Below, piece after piece: positions 28,752 through 39,394 of a stretch of DNA of 42,509 nucleotides. The translations under genes and the position numbers were made by a program. Position 1 is the first letter of the stretch. Each line of letters opens with the position of its first letter. Below the pieces are notes generated by a model that did not search any database, was not told the DNA's origin, and was given only the letters and a program-made list of their open reading frames with translations. Source of the stretch: Prevotella sp. (GTDB lineage Bacteria > Bacteroidota > Bacteroidia > Bacteroidales > Bacteroidaceae); assembly GCA_036751585.1 (NCBI GenBank), contig DAIOUH010000002.1, positions 1 to 42,509 on the forward strand, written 5' to 3'.

Positions 28752-30611
28752 ATGGACTTGTTCAATTATCACCGTCGTGAGTCCTCGGTGGTGCATATCG
28801 GCGCCTTGGACATGGGTGGCGACAACCCCGTGCGCATACAGTCGATGACGACCACGAGCACCGATGACACCGAGGGCAGCGTTGCCCAGGCGGAGCGAAT
28901 CATCAAGGCTGGCGGAGAACTCGTGAGGCTGACGACACAAGGCGTGAAAGAGGCGGAGAACCTGAAGAACATCAACGCCGGCATACGGCGCGACGGCTTC
29001 TCCACGCCCCTCGTGGCCGACGTGCATTTCAACCCTCGCGTGGCCGACGTGGCTGCGCTGTATGCCGAGAAGGTGCGTATCAACCCGGGCAACTACGTGG
29101 ACCCGGCACGCAAGTTCGTGAAACACGACTACACCGATGAGGAGTATGCCAATGAGCTGAAAAAGATAGAAGACCGGTTGGTGCCCTTCCTCGACATCTG
29201 CAAGGAGAACCACACCGCCATCCGCATAGGCGTGAACCATGGCTCGCTGTCGGACCGCATACGCAACCGCTATGGCGACACGCCAGAGGGAATAGTGGAG
29301 AGCTGCATGGAGTTTTTGCGCATTTGCAAGAAGCACGACTTCCACAACGTGGTAATCTCCATCAAGTCGAGCAACACCGTGGTGATGGTGCGCTCGGTGC
29401 GCCTGCTGGTTGACACCATGGACAAGGAAGACATGCACTATCCCCTGCACCTTGGCGTGACAGAGGCTGGCGAAGGCGAGGACGGGCGCATAAAGAGTGC
29501 CGTGGGCATAGGCGCGCTCCTTGCCGACGGCATTGGCGACACCATACGCGTGTCGCTGACCGAGGAGCCGGAGGCGGAGATTCCCGTGGCGCGCCACTTG
29601 GTGGACTATATCAACCGCAAGGCCGGTCACCAGCTCATTCCCGCCGAGGCTTACGCCGGCTTCAACTGGCTCAGGCCTGAGCGGAGGGTCACCAAGGCGG
29701 TGGAAAACATTGGCGGCGACAACGTGCCCGTGGTGATGGTGAGCGAGAATGGCGACAAGGCTGCCAACGATGACGCATCGTCGAAGGCCGATTACATATA
29801 CGTTGGCTCCAATCTTCCGAAGGAGAGGAAGGAAGGCAAGAGATACGTGGTGGACTATCAGCTCTACGTGCAAGCTGACGACAAGTCGCAACTGTATCCC
29901 ATCTTCCCCGTTACCGCCATGCCGTTTATCAGCATGGTGCAGGCGAAGTTGAAGTTCTTGGTGTTGCAGTTTGGCACTCCGTCTGACGAGTATCTCGCTT
30001 GCTTGAAGACGCATCCGGAGATAGTGGTCGTCTGCGTGAGCAACCACCAAAACAGGCTTGGATCCCAGCGCGCGCTGGTTCATGAGATGATGATAGCCGG
30101 CGTGCAGAACCCCGTGGTCTTCGCGCAAATGTATCGTTTGAACGACACCGAGGAGTTTCAGCTTGAGTCGGCAGCCGACATGGGCGCGCTGATGATTGAC
30201 GGACTTTGCGACGGAATATGGCTCATGAACGATGGCAACATCTCCACATCGGCGATAGAGGGCACGGCTTTCGGCATATTGCAGGCCGGCAGGTTGCGCA
30301 CGTCGAAGACCGAGTATATCAGTTGCCCGGGCTGTGGTCGCACGCTTTACGACTTGCGCGACACCATCAAGCGCATACACGAGGCCACCAAGGACATGAA
30401 GGGCTTGAAGATAGGCATCATGGGGTGCATCGTCAACGGCCCTGGCGAGATGGCTGACGCCGACTATGGTTATGTGGGCGCTGGCCCCGGAAAAATATCG
30501 CTCTATAAGGGGAAGGATTGCGTGGAGCACAACATCCCCGAGGACGAGGCCGTGGACCATCTGCTGAGGCTCATAAAGGCCGACAGGCCCGAAGCCGTAG
30601 GCAAACAGTAA
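28752..30611 (+). CDS. ispG: (E)-4-hydroxy-3-methylbut-2-enyl-diphosphate synthase (long three-domain form)
   Basis: RIQSMT, PLVADVHF, RINPGN, IRIGVNHGSLS, HLGVTEAG, GDTIRVSLT; 4Fe-4S motifs SCPGCGR and MGCIVNGPGE. Confidence 0.97.
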   Translation: MDLFNYHRRESSVVHIGALDMGGDNPVRIQSMTTTSTDDTEGSVAQAERIIKAGGELVRLTTQGVKEAENLKNINAGIRRDGFSTPLVADVHFNPRVADVAALYAEKVRINPGNYVDPARKFVKHDYTDEEYANELKKIEDRLVPFLDICKENHTAIRIGVNHGSLSDRIRNRYGDTPEGIVESCMEFLRICKKHDFHNVVISIKSSNTVVMVRSVRLLVDTMDKEDMHYPLHLGVTEAGEGEDGRIKSAVGIGALLADGIGDTIRVSLTEEPEAEIPVARHLVDYINRKAGHQLIPAEAYAGFNWLRPERRVTKAVENIGGDNVPVVMVSENGDKAANDDASSKADYIYVGSNLPKERKEGKRYVVDYQLYVQADDKSQLYPIFPVTAMPFISMVQAKLKFLVLQFGTPSDEYLACLKTHPEIVVVCVSNHQNRLGSQRALVHEMMIAGVQNPVVFAQMYRLNDTEEFQLESAADMGALMIDGLCDGIWLMNDGNISTSAIEGTAFGILQAGRLRTSKTEYISCPGCGRTLYDLRDTIKRIHEATKDMKGLKIGIMGCIVNGPGEMADADYGYVGAGPGKISLYKGKDCVEHNIPEDEAVDHLLRLIKADRPEAVGKQ

Positions 30612-30623
30612 ATCACCCTTGAG

Positions 30624-31553
30624 ATGACAAAACTTGTATATTGCATATTCTATGGCATCAGCACCTTGCCTTTCAAGGTGCTGTATGCCATTTCAGACTT
30701 GCTCATGCCATTGCTTTATTATATAATAAGGTATAGGCGTGGCATCGTGAGGCAAAACCTTGTCACTTCTTTCCCCGAGAAGTCTACACGCGAGGTGGTG
30801 GCCATAGAGAAAGAGTTTTATCATTGGTTTTGCGACTATTTCCTTGAGTCGATAAAGCTGTTGAGCATCAGCGACAAGGAACTGAACCGAAGGTTTCACA
30901 TAAAGAACCCCGAGGTTCATGAGCAATGGTATCTCAAAGGCAGGAACACCGCCGGATTCCTTGGCCATTATTGCAACTGGGAGTGGCTCTCGCGCGTGGG
31001 CAAGGACATGAATCAGGAGCGCCGCGTGTGTCTCATCTACGACCCGTTGCACAGCAAGGCAATCGACTATTTGTTTTTTCGCCTTCGCTCTTACGCGCCA
31101 ACAGGCGTGCCAACGCCAAAGAAGGACATATTGAGGCAACTCGTGACGTGGAGGCGAGAGGGCAGGTACAGCCTTTCCGGCTACATTGCCGACCAATCGC
31201 CCAAGTGGGAGAACATTCACCTGTGGTTGCCATTCCTCAACCACCCACAGACACCGGTGTTCACAGGCGCCGAGCGCATATCGCGCAAGATGAACGATGC
31301 CATTTATTACGTGAAGATGACGCGTCCACGACGTGGATATTACGACGTGGAGTACGTGCCAATCACCGACGACCCGGCGAGCCTGCCCGAGGGCGAGGTG
31401 ACGCGCCGCTTCTTCAAGATGCTGGAACAGTCCATTCAAGAGGCTCCGGCTTATTATCTTTGGACCCACAACAGGTGGAAGCGCACCAAGGAAGAGTTTG
31501 ACCGCCTTTACACGGTTGTCAACGGCAAGGTGAAAAGACGCACAAACCAATAA
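30624..31553 (+). CDS. Lipid A biosynthesis acyltransferase (LpxL/HtrB family)
   Basis: NLVTSFPEKS, GHYCNWEW catalytic H(x)4E motif, ADQSP and YLWTHNRWK. Confidence 0.88.
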   Translation: MTKLVYCIFYGISTLPFKVLYAISDLLMPLLYYIIRYRRGIVRQNLVTSFPEKSTREVVAIEKEFYHWFCDYFLESIKLLSISDKELNRRFHIKNPEVHEQWYLKGRNTAGFLGHYCNWEWLSRVGKDMNQERRVCLIYDPLHSKAIDYLFFRLRSYAPTGVPTPKKDILRQLVTWRREGRYSLSGYIADQSPKWENIHLWLPFLNHPQTPVFTGAERISRKMNDAIYYVKMTRPRRGYYDVEYVPITDDPASLPEGEVTRRFFKMLEQSIQEAPAYYLWTHNRWKRTKEEFDRLYTVVNGKVKRRTNQ

Positions 31554-31557
31554 TACA

Positions 31558-32661
31558 ATGAAAGCGATGTGGATGATGATATTCCTCGTGTTGCCCGTCA
31601 TAGGCCTTTCCTACGCGCTGTGGCACATTTGGCAACTCTTGCCTTTTGCCAATCCATGGCGATGGGCGGCTGTGGCGGTGGCGCTGCTGTTTTTCCTGTC
31701 CATGTTTCTTGGCTTTTCGGGAGCGATAGAGAAAATGCCGCTTGACATGGCAACGGTGGCTTACGAGATAGGCAACTCCATGATTTTCATCCTGCTATAT
31801 CTCGTGCTGCTCTTCGTCGTGCTCGACCTGGGGCGACTCGCGCGTCTCGTGCCGCGATCGTGGTTGTTCAGCAACGGCCATACGGCAGTGGGGATAATCG
31901 TTTTCATGGTTGCCGTGTTCGTTTATGGCAACATTCATTATTATGACAAGACGAGGGTGCCCATTGAGATAAAGACCAATAAGGACATAGGCAAGAAGCG
32001 CTTGAAGATAGTGCTTCTCAGCGACCTTCACCTTGGCTATCACAACCGCCGCGCAGAGTTCCACAAATGGGTAGACCGCATCAATGCCGAACATGCCGAC
32101 CTCATACTCATTGGTGGCGACATAATAGACATCAGCGTGCGTCCGCTCGTTGAGGAACGTGTGGCGGAGGAGTTCCATCGCTTGAACGCGCCTGTCTACG
32201 CTTGCCTTGGCAACCACGAGTATTATAGCGGTGAGCCCAAGGCGCAACGCTTCTACAAGGACGCCGGGATAACGCTGCTTCGCGACAGCGTGGCAACGGC
32301 TTGTGGCATAAGCGTCATTGGCCGCGATGACCGCACCAACCAGCATCGTCGCCCCTTGTCGGAGCTTATGCGTGGAGTGGACAGGAAAAACACTTTTACC
32401 ATTCTTCTCGACCACCAGCCTTACCATTTGGAGGAGGCGGAGAAAAACGGCATCGACTTCCAGTTCAGCGGCCATACCCATCATGGGCAGGTATGGCCAG
32501 CGTCGTGGGTCACCGATGCCATCTATGAGGACGCTTTCGGTCCGTTGCGTAAAGGCGCGACACAATATTATGTAAGCTCAGGCATGGGCATCTGGGGCGG
32601 CAAGTTCCGCATAGGCACACGCTCGGAATATGTCGTGCTGACAATCACGGGCCGAGGATAA
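31558..32661 (+). CDS. Membrane-anchored metallophosphoesterase (YkuE-like)
   Basis: About 4 N-terminal TM segments; SDLHLG, GGDIID, GNHE, LDHQP and SGHTHHGQ metal-binding motifs. Confidence 0.9.
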   Translation: MKAMWMMIFLVLPVIGLSYALWHIWQLLPFANPWRWAAVAVALLFFLSMFLGFSGAIEKMPLDMATVAYEIGNSMIFILLYLVLLFVVLDLGRLARLVPRSWLFSNGHTAVGIIVFMVAVFVYGNIHYYDKTRVPIEIKTNKDIGKKRLKIVLLSDLHLGYHNRRAEFHKWVDRINAEHADLILIGGDIIDISVRPLVEERVAEEFHRLNAPVYACLGNHEYYSGEPKAQRFYKDAGITLLRDSVATACGISVIGRDDRTNQHRRPLSELMRGVDRKNTFTILLDHQPYHLEEAEKNGIDFQFSGHTHHGQVWPASWVTDAIYEDAFGPLRKGATQYYVSSGMGIWGGKFRIGTRSEYVVLTITGRG

Positions 32662-32683
32662 ATGGCATAGGATTTAAAAAACA

Positions 32684-32709
32684 TAGCGGAAGCCAAAAGG
32701 CCTCCGCTA
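32684..32709. terminator. Hairpin between convergent operons (probable terminator)
   Basis: TAGCGGAAGCC-AAAA-GGCCTCCGCTA; the upstream A-run gives a U-tract on the minus strand. Confidence 0.65.
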
Positions 32710-32741
32710 CGGAAAACTATAGATAGAATACCTGTAATGGA

Positions 32742-34868
<2,127 letters not shown>

Positions 34869-36317
34869 TTATTTGCTGAGTTTTATGATTTTGCATCCAT
34901 GAGATGGTATGAGAGCCTCGATCTTGTCGGTCACGGTGCCCTCGTCGGCGTGTTTCCAGAGGTCACGGGCCTTCCATGAGCCTGTTAGACCAATCTTTGA
35001 AAGCTCGAGCGTGCGAGTGGCGGCAGATTGTTCGCGGTTGAACAATCCCACTACCCATGAGCCGTCTTTCATCTGCCCGTACCATATCTCTCCATCGGAG
35101 TTCCAAAGGTCACGCTTCAGTGGCTGCCCCACGAATCCGTCTTTTTGCAAGGCAAGCATCTCCTGGTTTTGGAAGAACGTGAGGTCATGGCCTGTGGGCA
35201 TGTCGGTGACGGCTATCGGGCCTCCTGCCATGAGAGGCAAGGACACGGCGGACATCTTCTCGTCGTCGTTGTCGAAACTGCCTATGCGTATGAAGTCGCC
35301 ATCGAGACGCACCTTCTCGCGTCCAGAAATCTTTGACCAATTGATGAATCCGTCGAAGGCGTTCTCGGAGTTGGGCCATCCACCGCGGAGCGTGCCGCGA
35401 TTGTTGTCGGAGAAGCGATACCATGAGCCCTCCAACACGTCGGCGTCGATACGTATCATGTTGCCGGCATATTTCTCAATGATGGCATTGTTTTTCAGAT
35501 GCGGCATGACGAGCGATACGTATATCCCGTATTTCTGAGCGTACTTGTTGATCCACCGCAGACCCTTGACGTAGCGCTCGCGTCCATATCCGCGGTCTAT
35601 TTGGTCACTGTAGTTCATGCCGTCCTCGTACCATGAGAGGAAGTCGATGCGGATGAACTTCACTCCGAGGTCGGCGTAATGCTTGAAGAACCCCTCGAAA
35701 AACTGCTCCGCGCCAGGATGGTCGGTCACGACCCACCAGAATTGGTCGTTCTTGTTTGGATGCAGCACGTCGGTGTCTTTTGTCGGGTCATATCGCAAGC
35801 TGCTGACCTTGATGCCTTCGGTGCCTGGGATGATGGCGTCGGGATTGGAGTAGTGCAACCAAAACGGACTGTCGTATACGCCAAGTTTAAGGCCCTTGGC
35901 TTTCAGTTTGGCAATGATGGTCGTGAGCTCCACTTGGGATGAATTCTCGTCTTTCTCGGTATGGCTATAATGAGTCATGTAGCCATCCTCGCCAGTCATG
36001 CTCGCGAAGCCGTCGGTGACAAGCATGTCATACCCGTATGGCTTAAGGTTGGTTGCCACGTAGTCGATGGCCTTGTCCCAGTCGGCTTCCGTGAAGATGT
36101 TAGGATAAGAGCCGTCTTTCTCTTGTTGCCGAAGCGCGCCGTAGACGCTCCAGTATAATGGGGCGTAATCCATGCCTTCTTGCTTGGCCATGGGTGTTAG
36201 ACCGACGGTCGGGTCTTCCTTGTCAACGGATAAGTCGCTGCTCACGTCCCACTCGTTGCTGTTGCAGCTTAGAAGAAGCGTGGCAAGTGCGAGACTATAA
36301 ATATATTTCTTGATCAT
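34869..36317 (-). CDS. GH27-like lipoprotein, isomalto-dextranase (glucan 1,6-alpha-isomaltosidase)-like
   Basis: Lipobox LLSC; PLYWSVY, LKPYGYDMLVTDG, GLKLGVY..P.W, FIRIDFLSWYEDG, SLVMPHL, MIRIDAD, LDGDFIR and MAGGPIAVTD, recalled from Arthrobacter-type isomalto-dextranase; C-terminal alpha-galactosidase-type sandwich (VGLFNR...ARDLW...PSHGCKII). Confidence 0.75.
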   Translation of the reverse strand: MIKKYIYSLALATLLLSCNSNEWDVSSDLSVDKEDPTVGLTPMAKQEGMDYAPLYWSVYGALRQQEKDGSYPNIFTEADWDKAIDYVATNLKPYGYDMLVTDGFASMTGEDGYMTHYSHTEKDENSSQVELTTIIAKLKAKGLKLGVYDSPFWLHYSNPDAIIPGTEGIKVSSLRYDPTKDTDVLHPNKNDQFWWVVTDHPGAEQFFEGFFKHYADLGVKFIRIDFLSWYEDGMNYSDQIDRGYGRERYVKGLRWINKYAQKYGIYVSLVMPHLKNNAIIEKYAGNMIRIDADVLEGSWYRFSDNNRGTLRGGWPNSENAFDGFINWSKISGREKVRLDGDFIRIGSFDNDDEKMSAVSLPLMAGGPIAVTDMPTGHDLTFFQNQEMLALQKDGFVGQPLKRDLWNSDGEIWYGQMKDGSWVVGLFNREQSAATRTLELSKIGLTGSWKARDLWKHADEGTVTDKIEALIPSHGCKIIKLSK

Positions 36318-36361
36318 TTGAAAAGTCGTTTTGTTGTTTCGTTACTTCTTGTTTGTCGCGG

Positions 36362-37594
36362 TTATTCGCCAATGTACTCAGCCTTTATGGTGTGGTCTTT
36401 CATGTTGACGGTCAGCTTGTATTTTCCAGCCTTTGTCACATTCCACTGGTTGTCGGCGGCATTGCCATTGCCGTATACGACTTCCGACTTGGCAACGCCT
36501 TTCTCGTTGACGACTATTCCGTTCTCAGGGGCGTAGAACCAGTCCTTGTCATCTGTGCCGAAGCCTCCTTCGTTGGTTGCCATAAGCTTGAACGTGCCCT
36601 CGCTCAGTTTGCCACTGTAGGTGAACTCTTGTCCTTCGCCTTTGGTGAACGCGAGAGCTTCTCCGATGGCCCATCCGTTGCCAGCGCTTCCGAGGAGGTA
36701 AAGGGTCTCCGTGGCCCATGGGTCTTTGGCAGGAGCCACCGGGTCTGGCGTGCAGGACACAACATTGACTTTGAGGTTGGTGAGGTCGAACACTATCTTG
36801 TAGTTTCCAGCCTCGGTGACATTCCACTTGTTGTCGGCTCCGCCGATGGCCATGCCTTGCTTTGACACGCCCTCGTGGTTGAGTGTCACGTTTGCGTCTG
36901 GTGCCTGGATATAGTTGCTCCAGCCTGGTATGTTGGTCTGGTCGTAAGCCAACTTGAACTCGCCCACGTTGAGGTGTCCCTCATAGGTGAATTGCAGCGG
37001 ATTGTCGGAAGTCTTCGCGAACTTTTTCGTTCCGTCGTTTATTCCCGCGTCAAGGTCGTCGCTGCTCCATCCCCACGGCGTGGCGCTGCCGATAAACGAT
37101 AGCCATTCTGACGTGATGGGAGTGGGCGGCTCCTCACCTTCGTACACCGCGGATATTGTGCGTTCGCGCAGGTTGAGGCTGATGGTGTAGATGCCGGCCT
37201 CGGTCACTTTCCACTTGTTGTCGTCTCCGCCCTTGCGCACGTCTATATCGCTGCTGGCAACGCCTTTGGAGTTGATTTCCGTGCCCGACTCGGGAGCGTA
37301 GGCGAATGTGGCACCCCAATCGCCTTTTGACAAAGGAAACTTGAGCTCGCCAACGCTTAGCTTGCCATGATATGTGAAGACGTAGCTATTGTCGGGGTCT
37401 TTCGTGAGCTCCGTGGGGTCATCGATAGACCATCCCGCGGGCGTAGCGTCTCCAACCATGTAGAGATGGTCCACTTTCAGAGGAAGTTCCTCGGTGATGA
37501 TGACTATGTCCTTGTCATCATTGCACGACTGGAATGCCATGGTAACCAACATGGAGAGCAAGGCAAACAGTCCATATTTAATAGTCTTTCTCAT
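36362..37594 (-). CDS. SusE/SusF-like surface glycan-binding lipoprotein with three repeated carbohydrate-binding modules
   Basis: Lipobox FQSC; three repeats of about 110-130 aa: G(D/S)A..GW...FTY.G.L..G..K...DN(K/Q)W.VT.AG.Y. Confidence 0.85.
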   Translation of the reverse strand: MRKTIKYGLFALLSMLVTMAFQSCNDDKDIVIITEELPLKVDHLYMVGDATPAGWSIDDPTELTKDPDNSYVFTYHGKLSVGELKFPLSKGDWGATFAYAPESGTEINSKGVASSDIDVRKGGDDNKWKVTEAGIYTISLNLRERTISAVYEGEEPPTPITSEWLSFIGSATPWGWSSDDLDAGINDGTKKFAKTSDNPLQFTYEGHLNVGEFKLAYDQTNIPGWSNYIQAPDANVTLNHEGVSKQGMAIGGADNKWNVTEAGNYKIVFDLTNLKVNVVSCTPDPVAPAKDPWATETLYLLGSAGNGWAIGEALAFTKGEGQEFTYSGKLSEGTFKLMATNEGGFGTDDKDWFYAPENGIVVNEKGVAKSEVVYGNGNAADNQWNVTKAGKYKLTVNMKDHTIKAEYIGE

Positions 37595-37624
37595 TTCAAA
37601 AAACTTAATTTACACATTATTATA

Positions 37625-39367
37625 TTAATTGTCTTCGTATCCCGGGTTTTGCTTCAAATGCTTGTTGGCACCAAGGATGTCGGGATGGAATGGGAAGATA
37701 AGCGTGTGGTCATCGGCATCAGCGTCCTTGTCCCACCAAGCCTTCAAGAACTTGTCGAAGCGAATGAGGTCTATGCGTCGGCGTCCTTCGGCGAAGAACT
37801 CGCGCCCCCACTCGTTGAGCATTTCCCGCATGTCCAGTTTTGCTGAGCCTTCGGGAGCATAAAGCACAGTGCTCCAGTCTGACGAGGGGTAGTTGCGCTT
37901 TCTTACGGAATTGAGCAACTTGGCAGCTTCCTCCGTCTTGCCATCGCGCAACTTGCACTCGGCAAGGCTGTAGATTATCTCAGGCAAGCGTATCTCGCAG
38001 TAGTCTGCCTCCAGTTGGCCTTTCTCATTGTCGGAGTAAAGAGGATACTTGACGAACATCCATCCGGAGTTGTCATCGCCATTCTCCAGCTTGCTGCTCG
38101 ACGTTGCCAACCATTTGTCGCCATCGGTAGCCCCGAACTTGCCAACGGCATCACGAATGTCGAGAGTGTATTTGCCGTTGTGGTCTTTCAGATATTGAGT
38201 GTTGCCATTCTCGTCTTTATAGGCAATCTTTCCATAGACGAAGAGTCCTTCGCGTTTGTTGTCGCCAAGGTTCTTGTACATTTTCAGACGTACGTCTGAT
38301 GGATAATCCTTGAAGCGCGATATTGGCATGCCGAGCTCGAAGTTGTATTTCTCCCCATTTGGCTTATAACTTGGAGACGCGGAGTATTTGATGTTGTGGC
38401 TTCCCTCCTTGTTCTTGGTGTCGTTAAGCCAATCGCTTGCCTTTGACGGCACCGACCACCAATAAGTGTCGCCCTTATAATGCCAATGCGAATAGCCGGC
38501 TGAGCCCGGGAAGGCGAATATCACCTCGTCGCAAGTCTCGTTGTTCCAATCGAAGGCGGCATCCCAACGGTCTGCCACTTGATATGTGCCGTATTTGCCA
38601 TCGATAATGTCTTGCGCATATTGTTCGCAATCGGCAAAATGATCCTCGCCGATATAGACCTTGGCATTGAGATACAAGCGCACTAAAAGTGCCGCTGCAC
38701 CAGCCTGCGTCCATTGTCCCTCAAGGTTTTGGTTGCCGCCGAGAGAAGTCTTCTTTGTCAGGTTGGGGATTGCCGCCTTGAGCTCCGACTCGATGAAGTC
38801 GTAAATCTTGCGTGGCTCGACTTGCCCCTCTGAGTTCTTTGACAAGTCGTAATAGCTTACGCAAAGAGGCACGTTGCGAAACTCATCGAGCAATGTCAAG
38901 TAGAACCAGGCGCGCAAGACGCGGTTTTGAGCCTTGAGGTTGTTGAACTCAGCGTCTGAGAAGCCAAACTTGGAAGCCGAGAGTTTGTCAAGGTCTTCGA
39001 TGACGAGGTTTGTCTGTCCTATTCCTTGATAGCATCCGTTGTATGCGCTCTGTGCCTCTCCATTGGTGTTGAGCCACTTGTGTCGGTGCAGGCGCGCCCA
39101 TCGTCCACCGTCGTCCCACCAGTCCTCACGGGTGGGCGTGATAAGCTGGTCGGCGGTCTCCTCGTTCAGCACTTGTCGGCTCTGTATGCTCCAAAAGGCG
39201 TGTTCAAACGGACGGAGAACGGCGCGGATGACATCTTCTTTGGTGTTGTAATAGTTTTGCGAAGCCACCTGGTCGTACAGGGTCTCGTCGAGATTTGTGC
39301 AACTGGAGGCTGTAAACATTGCCGCGGGCATAAGCAACAGCGCGGCATATTTATATAGCTTTTTCAT
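37625..39367 (-). CDS. susD: SusD/RagB-family lipoprotein
   Basis: Lipobox ASSC; LRAWFYL, ALLVRLYLNA, IRLPEIIYSLAECKLR, EWGREFFAEGRRRIDLIRF and LKQNPGY. Confidence 0.95.
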   Translation of the reverse strand: MKKLYKYAALLLMPAAMFTASSCTNLDETLYDQVASQNYYNTKEDVIRAVLRPFEHAFWSIQSRQVLNEETADQLITPTREDWWDDGGRWARLHRHKWLNTNGEAQSAYNGCYQGIGQTNLVIEDLDKLSASKFGFSDAEFNNLKAQNRVLRAWFYLTLLDEFRNVPLCVSYYDLSKNSEGQVEPRKIYDFIESELKAAIPNLTKKTSLGGNQNLEGQWTQAGAAALLVRLYLNAKVYIGEDHFADCEQYAQDIIDGKYGTYQVADRWDAAFDWNNETCDEVIFAFPGSAGYSHWHYKGDTYWWSVPSKASDWLNDTKNKEGSHNIKYSASPSYKPNGEKYNFELGMPISRFKDYPSDVRLKMYKNLGDNKREGLFVYGKIAYKDENGNTQYLKDHNGKYTLDIRDAVGKFGATDGDKWLATSSSKLENGDDNSGWMFVKYPLYSDNEKGQLEADYCEIRLPEIIYSLAECKLRDGKTEEAAKLLNSVRKRNYPSSDWSTVLYAPEGSAKLDMREMLNEWGREFFAEGRRRIDLIRFDKFLKAWWDKDADADDHTLIFPFHPDILGANKHLKQNPGYEDN

Positions 39368-39394
39368 TGTTTTCTTCTGTGATTAATCATGCGT

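Noticed and set aside
29640..30100. Large insertion in IspG relative to the E. coli enzyme
   Set aside because: Known three-domain IspG form found in Bacteroidota, chlamydiae and plants; not novel.
28254..30560. 768-aa minus-strand ORF
   Set aside because: Antisense shadow of purE-ispG; composition (V/H/L/A-rich) typical of reverse-frame artefacts.
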